DNA of 24,000 nt from Micropruina sp. Lineage in GTDB: Bacteria; Actinomycetota; Actinomycetes; Propionibacteriales; Propionibacteriaceae. Location of the stretch: the NCBI GenBank assembly GCA_016716635.1, contig JADJVZ010000011.1:1448585-1472584 (forward strand). The letters are read 5' to 3'. Made by a program: the position numbers and the translations under genes. The notes below the pieces were generated by a model. The model saw nothing but the letters and a program-made list of their open reading frames with translations. It was not told the origin of the DNA and ran no database searches. This document shows, in pieces, positions 1 through 6,561 of this stretch (position 1 is its first letter; every line of letters starts with the position of its first letter).

Positions 1-456
1 TTGGTCGAGGTCCGAACGGGCCACCTGATACACGGTGCCGACCGGGTCGGACGGCGCCTCGACGCTGAGCCCGGTATCCGCGGCGAGCGCCTCGGTGACC
101 CCGCGCAAATCGGTGGCGTCCAACAGGCGGGTGAACTGGCGTTTGCGCAGGCGGTGCAGGGCGTCGTAGGCGCGGATCCGAAGCTGGCGTCCGGTGTCGG
201 CGCGGTAGCTGTACTCGACGACCGTGACCTCGCCCACGAAGAGGGGTTCGCGGTGCCCCCCGATCTCGATCCGCAGGGCGTCGCCGGTGCCGGGGTCGAC
301 GCCGAGGGTGTCGTCCGCGGCCCACGACACCTGGCACTGCGTCGGCTGTGCCAGGGCCGAGGAGACCCGGATGCTGATGATCCGCGCGGTGTCGGCGGGG
401 GCCAGTCGCCGGTCGCCCAGCCGGACGATCAGCTCGGGGAGCCCCTGGACCTGCAT
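1..456 (-). CDS. Contractile injection system baseplate hub/spike, phage late control gene D (gpD)/VgrG-like; N-terminal part only, continues past the left edge
   Basis: Absent from the ORF track because it runs off the window. My translation of the minus strand from ATG 454-456 reads MQVQGLPELIVRLGDRRLAPADTARIISIRVSSALAQPTQCQVSWAADDTLGVDPGTGDALRIEIGGHREPLFVGEVTVVEYSYRADTGRQLRIRAYDALHRLRKRQFTRLLDATDLRGVTEALAADTGLSVEAPSDPVGTVYQVARSDLDQ and stays open to position 1. ATGA overlap with the stop of the upstream LysM/tube gene (TGA 456-458). The sequence pattern and the position after a LysM tube-like gene fit gpD/VgrG-type hubs of P2-like tails and eCIS. Confidence 0.55.
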   Translation of the reverse strand, partial: MQVQGLPELIVRLGDRRLAPADTARIISIRVSSALAQPTQCQVSWAADDTLGVDPGTGDALRIEIGGHREPLFVGEVTVVEYSYRADTGRQLRIRAYDALHRLRKRQFTRLLDATDLRGVTEALAADTGLSVEAPSDPVGTVYQVARSDLDQ

Positions 457-1196
457 CAGCGCGCCCCCTCGCCCACGAACGGCACGGCCAGCGGACCGAT
501 GAAGTCGAGGGGGTCATCGATGCCGTTGTAGGCAAGGAGTTCCTTCCATTGGAAGGGGTTGCCGAACGCCTCAAGGCTGAACAAGCCGAGCCGGGTGGGG
601 TTGATCGTGGCGGCGCCCTCTCCTCCGGCCGGGACGCCTTCGTCGACGACCTCCAGGGCGGTCGCGGGCGGCGCGCTCAGGTCGATGGGCGGGAGCCGTT
701 GGGCCAGCGCCCAGGCCTCGCCGCCCTCCTTGTCGGCCGCCGCCCCCACACGGACGAACGTCAACCGCAGCCACGAGCGCAGCGGCGACCCGTCCGTGGC
801 GAACCGGTCGAACCGCTCAGCCACCTCGGTCACGATGCCCGGCACCGACCAGGCCTGCCCCCACAGCAGCTGCACCATCGGCGGCCGGTGCTGGCGCTTC
901 ACTTCGGCGGAGTTCTCGGCCAGCGCCCAAATGCGCCGGGTCAACTGCCGGACGTCGTGGGCTTCGATGTGCGCGGGCAGCAGGTCGATGTCAAAGAGCA
1001 GATCGAGCTTGAGCTCCGTCCGGCCGCCCCCGGTGAAGAGCAAAGGGTCGTCCGCCAAGCCCGACCCCGTGAGCCGTCCCCCGGACGATTGCCGCGCCTC
1101 GACGCCCGCCGTGCGGGTCACCACCAGCGTCTCGGGGTTCAACAGGCAGTAGATCTGCTCCCCCGTCGCTTCGATCAAGAAGGCCACACGTTCCAT
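456..1196 (-). CDS. CIS tube-like protein with C-terminal LysM-like domain (tube initiator / Afp7-like class)
   Basis: 246-aa ORF. The N-terminus MERVAFLIEATGEQIYCLLNPETLVVTRTAG...TELKLDLLFDIDL resembles CIS tube-fold proteins. The C-terminus RLGLFSLEAFGNPFQWKELLAYNGIDDPLDFIGPLAVP resembles the LysM/tail-protein-X motif (yGdp..W..ia..N.i.dP..l..G..l.iP). It sits between the tube/Pro-rich genes and the gpD-like hub. Confidence 0.7.
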   Translation of the reverse strand: MERVAFLIEATGEQIYCLLNPETLVVTRTAGVEARQSSGGRLTGSGLADDPLLFTGGGRTELKLDLLFDIDLLPAHIEAHDVRQLTRRIWALAENSAEVKRQHRPPMVQLLWGQAWSVPGIVTEVAERFDRFATDGSPLRSWLRLTFVRVGAAADKEGGEAWALAQRLPPIDLSAPPATALEVVDEGVPAGGEGAATINPTRLGLFSLEAFGNPFQWKELLAYNGIDDPLDFIGPLAVPFVGEGAR

Positions 1197-1197
1197 G

Positions 1198-2088
1198 TCA
1201 GGTCGCCGCCTGTTCGTTCGCGAGCCGCGCCCGCCGCAGCAGCGTCACCGTGGGGTCGAGAGCGGCCGGACGAGCGTCCGGGCGCAGCGGCAACGCGGGC
1301 CACAGGGCCTCCGGCAACACCGGCGGCGGCCAGACGGTGTGTACCGGCCCCGGGACGAGCGGACGAGTGGCCTCGGGGACCTCGGCCTGGACCAGTGGGT
1401 TCACCCGGGGTCCCGGCTGAGGGGCCGGACGCGGAATCGGCCGGACAGCAGGAGGCTTGGTCTCCACCGTCGACCCCCCTCTGCGCGTCTCCCGGGACAC
1501 CTCGCCTCTCGACGGGCCTTCCTCCGACGCCGCCTTTCGCGCCCGAGGCCGCACGAGGGGCACGTCCGGCGCCCCGGCGCGGGGTGGGGTTCGCGGCGGG
1601 GTCCGCGGCGGGAGGAGCGTGGGCCGCGTCGATTCCGGCGGCTCGGCGCGTCCCACGCTGGGTGCCGAGGACGGCCGGACCGGCGCCGGGAGGGCCTGAG
1701 TCCGGGAACCCGAATGCACTGGCTCCCCCGCCGGGGTCACCTTGGGCTCCTTGGGGGCAGCCATAGGTGGCGGGGGCGGTGCCGCTGCCGCGCCGGGTGT
1801 CGCAGCCCGTGGCGCGGTGCGGGGCGGGACCTCGGCGGGACGGGGTGCGGCGGCGCGGGGCGCGCTCTCATCCATGCTCCACCGCACGGGACGGAACTCC
1901 TCGCCGCGGCGCTTAGCCTGGCGCGCGTCGGCGCGAACACGCTCGGCCCAGAAGGCCGGCGCGCCGTCCAGGTCGAGACCCGCCGGCGCCGGATCGATCG
2001 CCTCGGCGGCGCCACGCAGCAGGCCCGCGAGCCGGCTACGCCATGGGTGTCGGGGTCGCTGCGGAAGGCGTGGGTGCTGCGGAGGCAT
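1198..2088 (-). CDS. Proline/arginine/alanine-rich hypothetical protein at the tape-measure/assembly position of the CIS operon
   Basis: 296-aa ORF, same strand as the operon. Its stop (1198-1200) lies 1 nt before the next start. ATG 2086-2088 is the first start after an in-frame stop at 2119-2121 and overlaps the tube gene by 53 nt. The middle about 170 aa are low complexity (PPRTPPRTPPR, AAAPPPPPMAAP). The termini look ordered (AFWAERVRADARQAKRRGEEF; ALDPTVTLLRRARLANEQ). The functional assignment is by gene position only. Confidence 0.45.
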   Translation of the reverse strand: MPPQHPRLPQRPRHPWRSRLAGLLRGAAEAIDPAPAGLDLDGAPAFWAERVRADARQAKRRGEEFRPVRWSMDESAPRAAAPRPAEVPPRTAPRAATPGAAAAPPPPPMAAPKEPKVTPAGEPVHSGSRTQALPAPVRPSSAPSVGRAEPPESTRPTLLPPRTPPRTPPRAGAPDVPLVRPRARKAASEEGPSRGEVSRETRRGGSTVETKPPAVRPIPRPAPQPGPRVNPLVQAEVPEATRPLVPGPVHTVWPPPVLPEALWPALPLRPDARPAALDPTVTLLRRARLANEQAAT

Positions 2089-2542
2089 CGTCGAGCTCCA
2101 ACCGGTCGTAGGCCAAGGTCAGGGATTCGATGGCGATCTCATTGCCGCCGGCGTTGAGATTCGGGGCGGCGAGCTTGCAGGGCCAGGCGCCGATCAGGTT
2201 CATGCGGCGAACCTCGCGGGAGCTGGAGTCGTCCAGGATGGCGATCGACACGTTCTCGCGGCGGACGCGCCCCTGCAGGGCCTCGAAAAGCCAGCGGATC
2301 ATCGTCGTGGAGTCCGTGAGCCCGTACCGCAGGGTGACGGGCGCGTACTCGACCCGTCCGGGGATGGCCCGCACCTGGGCGTGCTCACCCCCGGCGCGAT
2401 AGAGGATGCGCTCGATGCTCACCCCGAGCCCCTCGATGGTGACGAAATGCGCCTGCACGGCCCCTTGGAACTCGAACTTGAAGTTGTACGCCCGGTACGG
2501 GTCTTGCGGCATTCCCGGGGAATTGACGGCTTGGGTGGTCAT
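2036..2542 (-). CDS. Phage tail tube protein (T4 gp19-like / eCIS Afp1-class inner tube)
   Basis: 168-aa ORF with DPYRAYNFKFEFQGAVQAHFVTIEGLGVSIE...PGRVEYAPVTLRYGL...WPCKLAAPNLNAGGNEIAIESLTLAYDRLEL, the typical conserved phage tail tube pattern. ATGA overlap with the sheath stop (2539-2542). Confidence 0.85.
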   Translation of the reverse strand: MTTQAVNSPGMPQDPYRAYNFKFEFQGAVQAHFVTIEGLGVSIERILYRAGGEHAQVRAIPGRVEYAPVTLRYGLTDSTTMIRWLFEALQGRVRRENVSIAILDDSSSREVRRMNLIGAWPCKLAAPNLNAGGNEIAIESLTLAYDRLELDDASAAPTPSAATPTPMA

Positions 2543-3780
2543 CGCGCACCTCCTGCGGCTTGAACGGCGGCCTGGTCAGCCGATTGGCTCAGCTGGAAGA
2601 CGACGAACTCGGCCGGTTTCACCGGCGCGATACCGATCAGGGTCACGACGCGTCCGGCATCGCGGACCTCCTGCGGATTGGTCTCGGCGTCGCACTTCAC
2701 GAAGAACGCCTCCTGCGGGGTCTCCCCCACCAGGGCACCGGATCGCCAGACGTTTGTGAGGAAGGCCGTGACATCGCGTCGAAGTGCCGCCCACAAGGGG
2801 TGATGGTTGGGTTCGAAGACCGCCCAGCGAGTGTTCTTCAGCACCGTTTCTTTGATCATGTTGGTGAGCCGACGGACGTTGATGTAGCGGAACTCGCTGG
2901 CCTCAGCGTCGAGCGTCCGGGCTCCCCACACGAGGATTCCCTCACCGGGGAAGAAGCGGATGCAGTTGACCCCCGCGGGGTTCAGCAGTTCCTGCTCGCC
3001 CTTGGAGACGGGCCGCACCAGGCCGAGGGCACCCGCGACCCCCGTGTTGGCGGGCGCCTTGTGGACGCCGCGGGTGGCGTCCGTCCGGGCCCAGACCCCG
3101 GCGAGATGCCCCGAAGGCGGGGCCGTCACGTGCTGCCCGGTGATCGGGTCGGTCACGATGAGCCAGGGGTAATAGGTGGCCGCATACCCACCCTGGGCGA
3201 TCGGCGGACGCAAGCCCTTGGTCACCGGCGCGGGCTGCGCAGGGGGTCCGTCACCACCGGCCGAGGGTGGTGGCGCCACAGTGCCCGTCCCCACCTGCGT
3301 GAGAAGCCCCACGTCGTCCACGTCTTCGACCGTGTCGAGGATCGCCACCCGGTCTTGCCGGAGCACGTCTTGGCAGTGGTTGATGAGGGCGTCGTAGGAG
3401 GCCGGATCGGTGAAGCCGGGCGCCGCCACGATCGCCACGTCATCGACGGCCTCCAGCAACGTGAGCCCCGTCGGCTTCTTCGCGGTGCCCGTGAGGCTGG
3501 TGCCCGCGCCGATGTTCACGACGTAGGCGCGGCTGCCCCCGTTCTGGAAGAAGCCGAACACGGCGGTGCTCAGGTGGGTGCCTGCCGTCGCATCACCGAC
3601 GAAGATGCGGACGAACTGCGTCCAGTTATCGATCGGCACGACGACATCGGCGGGGGCGGTCGGGCTGGGTGCCCGTCCGATGATGCCCAGGCTGCTGGTG
3701 CCGACCTGGCCGAAGGGTCGGGTACCACCCGGCACTTCCTCGACGTAGACCCCTGGCGCGCGGTAGTTCGGCATGGTCAT
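2539..3780 (-). CDS. Phage tail sheath family protein (contractile sheath)
   Basis: 413-aa ORF. The N-terminus YRAPGVYVEEVPGGTRPF and the C-terminal block GVNCIRFFPGEGILVWGARTL...FRYINVRRL are hallmark sheath motifs. ATGA overlap with the upstream gene stop (3777-3780). Confidence 0.9.
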   Translation of the reverse strand: MTMPNYRAPGVYVEEVPGGTRPFGQVGTSSLGIIGRAPSPTAPADVVVPIDNWTQFVRIFVGDATAGTHLSTAVFGFFQNGGSRAYVVNIGAGTSLTGTAKKPTGLTLLEAVDDVAIVAAPGFTDPASYDALINHCQDVLRQDRVAILDTVEDVDDVGLLTQVGTGTVAPPPSAGGDGPPAQPAPVTKGLRPPIAQGGYAATYYPWLIVTDPITGQHVTAPPSGHLAGVWARTDATRGVHKAPANTGVAGALGLVRPVSKGEQELLNPAGVNCIRFFPGEGILVWGARTLDAEASEFRYINVRRLTNMIKETVLKNTRWAVFEPNHHPLWAALRRDVTAFLTNVWRSGALVGETPQEAFFVKCDAETNPQEVRDAGRVVTLIGIAPVKPAEFVVFQLSQSADQAAVQAAGGAR

Positions 3781-4232
3781 CCCCTTTGTTGGGTGGGTGG
3801 GACGAGGCGCAATCCGGTGGATTCCGCAGGAGTTAAGGGATGGACGTCCACCACGACCTCGCGCACCGGCGGACCGGTCGGTTCGAGGACGTCCAGGCTG
3901 ACTCCCACACCGATCACCAGGCCGAAGCCGGACCGGTTCTCGGGGAGGGGGTCGAGGCGCGTGTGCGGCAGCGTCTCGGCGATGAGCAGGAGCTGCTCGG
4001 TGATATCGAAAATGGTCTCCCCGGAGGCCTCCACCGCCACCATGAGCTCGAGATCGAGCAAGGACCCGGCGCGGCGCGAGCGTCCGACGCGGGTGAGGGT
4101 GAGGGGGCTGAGCACCACGTTCGGCTGGTCAGTGGGCATCGACGCACCTGGTCGGACGACGGCGACCTTCGCCCCCGGAATGCGGGAGAAAGCCTCAACC
4201 AGGCCGTCCAAAGCCCTCTGCGTGGCACTCAT
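3777..4232 (-). CDS. First gene of the CIS operon; DUF4255/Pvc16-like (tail terminator/cap-related) candidate
   Basis: 151-aa ORF coupled to the sheath gene. The pattern VVLSPLTLTRVGRSRR...LDLELMVAVEASGETIFDITEQLLLIAETL loosely matches the DUF4255 layout that precedes sheath genes in many actinobacterial eCIS loci. The family call is tentative; the CDS itself is well supported by operon context. Confidence 0.5.
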   Translation of the reverse strand: MSATQRALDGLVEAFSRIPGAKVAVVRPGASMPTDQPNVVLSPLTLTRVGRSRRAGSLLDLELMVAVEASGETIFDITEQLLLIAETLPHTRLDPLPENRSGFGLVIGVGVSLDVLEPTGPPVREVVVDVHPLTPAESTGLRLVPPTQQRG

Positions 4233-4423
4233 GGTGACACGCTGAAAAAGGAACTGAACGGTGCCATCGGACGACCTCGTTATTGGGGGGCAAATCGGAC
4301 ATTAGCCCTTGTGAACCCGCACGCGATAGGGAACCCGGCGGGGTACAACTGCCCAACAATTCCATGTATTTTGGCGCCACTTTGCCGCTCAACAAAAGCC
4401 CCCTATTAGCGGGCCAACGAGGC
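4233..4423 (-). promoter_or_regulatory. AT-richer intergenic region: likely promoter and long leader of the CIS operon
   Basis: 191 bp with no credible ORF and visibly lower GC than its surroundings (for example ttccatgtattttggcgcc, aacaaaagccccctattagc). A weak hairpin plus T-run (minus strand GCCCgctaatagGGGC-TTTTGTT, plus coordinates 4391-4415) follows the VOC gene stop. I could not place -35/-10 hexamers confidently. No obvious SD precedes ATG 4232. Confidence 0.4.
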
Positions 4424-5104
4424 TCAGTCGCGGTCTTCCCACGTGCACAGGCACACCGCATTGCCCTCGGGATCGGCGAGCACCCAAAACGCCCGGGCCT
4501 CGCGGTCGTAGAGCAGCGACCCCCCGACGGCCAGGGCGGCGGCACGTCGTGCGTCGGCCACGTCGTGGGGCACGGCGATGTCGAAGTGGATCCGGTTGTG
4601 CTTGGAGCGCGGGGTCTCCAGTTGCTGGAACCAAATGGTGGGGCCCTGGTCGCGCGGATCGACGATCGGATCCGTGGGACCGGCCGGCTGACCCTCGTCG
4701 TCGTAGTCGAGCAGCGCCTTCCAGAAGGGCCGGATCGCCGCCGCGTCCATGGTGCCGATAGCGATTTCCATCATCTGGGTGCCGGAGGGCTCGCAGCGCC
4801 AGCCTCGAGCGGTCAGCGCGCGGGTGAGTCGCTCCACGAGCTCGACATCGAAGGGGGTCACGTAGCCCAGCGACCGGCTGCGCACCGACGCGATCACCCG
4901 ATCGGCCCGAATATCGAGCCAAAGATGCTCATCGGCGTCCGCACCCGCCTCGGCAGTGACCAGCGCGGCGACCTGCATGGCCTCGGCCAATGACCGAACC
5001 GGGACGTCGGTCCGCGCCAGGTGGTTGAGGTATCGCCAGCCGTGGCCGCTCACGCCGTCGGAGGCCTCGGTTCTGGTCAGTTTGTCCATGCGCGCGTCCC
5101 TCAT
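4424..5104 (-). CDS. Fusion protein: pterin-4a-carbinolamine dehydratase-like N-domain + VOC/glyoxalase-like C-domain
   Basis: The track ORF 4424..5203 reads through a tRNA, so I trimmed it to ATG 5102-5104 (alternative ATG 5087-5089). GWRYLNHLARTDVPVRSLAEAMQVAALVTAEAGADADEHLWLDIRADRVIASV resembles PCD/PhhB-type proteins. MEIAIGTMD...IHFDIAVPHD...FWVLADPEGNAVCLCT resembles a VOC/glyoxalase fold. Confidence 0.65.
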   Translation of the reverse strand: MRDARMDKLTRTEASDGVSGHGWRYLNHLARTDVPVRSLAEAMQVAALVTAEAGADADEHLWLDIRADRVIASVRSRSLGYVTPFDVELVERLTRALTARGWRCEPSGTQMMEIAIGTMDAAAIRPFWKALLDYDDEGQPAGPTDPIVDPRDQGPTIWFQQLETPRSKHNRIHFDIAVPHDVADARRAAALAVGGSLLYDREARAFWVLADPEGNAVCLCTWEDRD

Positions 5105-5127
5105 TGGCCGAGCGTACGCGCTGCCGG

Positions 5128-5209
5128 TACCGAAGAAGGGACTTGAACCCTCACGCCTTGCGGCACAGGAACCTAAATCCTGCGTGTCTGCCAATTCCAC
5201 CACTTCGGC
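5128..5209 (-). tRNA. tRNA-Leu, anticodon TAG (type II, long variable arm)
   Basis: Minus-strand sequence: GCCGAAGTGGTGGAATTGGCAGACACGCAGGATTTAGGTTCCTGTGCCGCAAGGCGTGAGGGTTCAAGTCCCTTCTTCGGTA. Hand-folded elements:
- acceptor GCCGAAG/CTTCGGT
- anticodon stem CAGGA/TCCTG with loop TT-TAG-GT
- long variable arm
- T-arm GAGGG-TTCAAGT-CCCTT
- discriminator A
CCA is not encoded. The ORF-track peptide VELADTQDLGS is the usual tRNA-Leu read-through artefact. Confidence 0.85.
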
Positions 5210-5222
5210 TAGCCGGACCAGT

Positions 5223-5804
5223 CTAGAGGGTCAGGCTCGACGGCAAGGGGGTGGTCAGTATGTCGTCGGCACCGCGGAGTGCCTGGACGACCTCTGGGGC
5301 GGGCGAGGCATAGAGGCGCGGATAGTCGCACTCGCCGACACTCTCGTCGATTGGAAAGGCGAGGCGCTCGACGTCGAGCGAGAACTGGGCATCGATCCCC
5401 ATCTTGTTGCCACGCGGGTCCTGTCGATGCCAGGCGCCGTCCAACCAGAGCGCAACGAGGCCATGAACAACAAACCCCTCGTGTGGGTTCCCGAGGCGCT
5501 GGTAACACAATCCAGCGGGGACACCTTGAGAGCGAAGCAACGCTGCAAGCAGGACGGACTTCGCGTAGCAGAGCCCTACTCGTTCGCGAAGGACCTCGCC
5601 TGCGGCAAGAGTCACGCGCGAATCCTGCCCATCGTAGGAGTGACCGACGTTGTCCCTGACCCAATCGAAGGCGGCCCGCGCGAAGTCCACATCCGCGGAA
5701 TGCTCGGCCCGCAACTCGGTGGCTAGCCTCCTGACCGCTGGGTGGGCACTCTGCACCAGGTCGTCGTTGCCCAGAAACAAACTGGCATCGTCCGAAACGA
5801 ACAC
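5223..5804 (-). CDS. Transglutaminase-like (papain-fold cysteine protease superfamily) domain protein
   Basis: The core motif VGLCYAKSVLLAALLRSQGVPAGLCYQRL...HGLVALWLDGAWHRQDP fits the Cys...His...Asp arrangement typical of bacterial transglutaminase-like proteins. The track ORF (to 5987) overlaps the upstream gene. I prefer GTG 5802-5804, preceded by AGGGGAG at 5-nt spacing. The alternative is GTG 5817-5819, a GTGA overlap with the NRDE gene stop. Confidence 0.65.
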   Translation of the reverse strand: MFVSDDASLFLGNDDLVQSAHPAVRRLATELRAEHSADVDFARAAFDWVRDNVGHSYDGQDSRVTLAAGEVLRERVGLCYAKSVLLAALLRSQGVPAGLCYQRLGNPHEGFVVHGLVALWLDGAWHRQDPRGNKMGIDAQFSLDVERLAFPIDESVGECDYPRLYASPAPEVVQALRGADDILTTPLPSSLTL

Positions 5805-5815
5805 GATTTCTCCCC

Positions 5816-6487
5816 TCACCCCGGTCCGATGGGCACCCACGGGAGCGGGTCGGCGGGCAGGGGCATGGCGACGTGGGCTTCGAGACCGTCCTGCCAAAGT
5901 CGGACGGCCGTCACGCCGACGGTGCCGTACCAGCGGCCCTCGAACTGGCGCGGGGGCATGACCGCGGCCTTCATCACGGGCTCCCACGAGCGTGGATCCG
6001 AGTCAATTTGGGTTGTCTTCAGGGCTTCGTGGACAGCTGCGGCCCGTTCGTCGAAGGGGACGTCCAGGCCGGCGTTCACCAGGACGTGATCCCCCGAGGT
6101 CAGGCGCGTGTGAGAGGCCTCGCCGTCGACCCAGCCGCGGACGTCAGCGCCGTCGAAGCGCGCGTTCACCAGGTAGAAGGGTGCCGTCCGACGCAGTTCG
6201 TCCGGGCTGCGGAAGCGACCGCGCAGGGCGTCCAAGGGGAGAAACCCACGGGTGAGCAGCGCAGGGTTGGGCGGCTCCGGCGGACCATTGACGACGCACG
6301 CGAGCCGTCCGTCGAAGTCCAGCGCCGCGGCGGTGCCACCGGCCTGCAGATCCTGCGAGCCGTACACCCGCGCACCATTGTCGGGCCACCACGGCCCATA
6401 CCCCGTCGTCGGACGATCGAGCAGCTCATCGCGGACCAGCAGTGCCCACAGCGTGGTGGGCATGAAGCGCAGAACGACGGTGCACAT
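5816..6487 (-). CDS. NRDE family protein (TANGO2 homologue, DUF833)
   Basis: 223 aa starting MCTVVL (conserved N-terminal Cys). LLVRDELLDRP aligns with the NRDE motif region, and GGTAAALDFDGRLACVVNG with the GGTWLGI...GKLAALTN block of TANGO2-type proteins. Confidence 0.65.
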   Translation of the reverse strand: MCTVVLRFMPTTLWALLVRDELLDRPTTGYGPWWPDNGARVYGSQDLQAGGTAAALDFDGRLACVVNGPPEPPNPALLTRGFLPLDALRGRFRSPDELRRTAPFYLVNARFDGADVRGWVDGEASHTRLTSGDHVLVNAGLDVPFDERAAAVHEALKTTQIDSDPRSWEPVMKAAVMPPRQFEGRWYGTVGVTAVRLWQDGLEAHVAMPLPADPLPWVPIGPG

Positions 6488-6561
6488 GGCCGAATGGTCC
6501 TTCCTCGAGAGCGGGCCATCTCATGCCTCGCCGCTTACCCGAACGAGTGTGACAATGCCGT

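Noticed and set aside
1586-1609. Tandem 12-nt repeat ggggttcgcggc/ggggtccgcggc
   Set aside because: There are only two units, and they are in-frame coding sequence for the PPRTPPRT stretch of the Pro-rich CIS protein. This is not a CRISPR, VNTR array or regulatory repeat.
2560-4245. 561-aa plus-strand ORF, with similar ones at 549..1766, 1195..2157 and 1742..2563
   Set aside because: They are antisense to the sheath, tube and other CIS genes. Their translations are Arg/Gly-rich and featureless, while the minus-strand products carry clear sheath and tube motifs and are linked by start/stop overlaps.
5105-5203. N-terminal 33 aa of the 259-aa ORF (MVELADTQDLGSCAARREGSSPFFGT...)
   Set aside because: This stretch is the translation of the tRNA-Leu gene (5128-5209). 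The real CDS starts at an internal Met (5104 or 5089).
5128-5209. tRNA-Leu as the attachment site of a genomic island carrying the CIS locus
   Set aside because: By eye I see no integrase, no recombination directionality factor and no second copy of the tRNA 3' end anywhere in the window. CIS gene GC is similar to the backbone. It is kept only as a low-interest note that needs flanking sequence.
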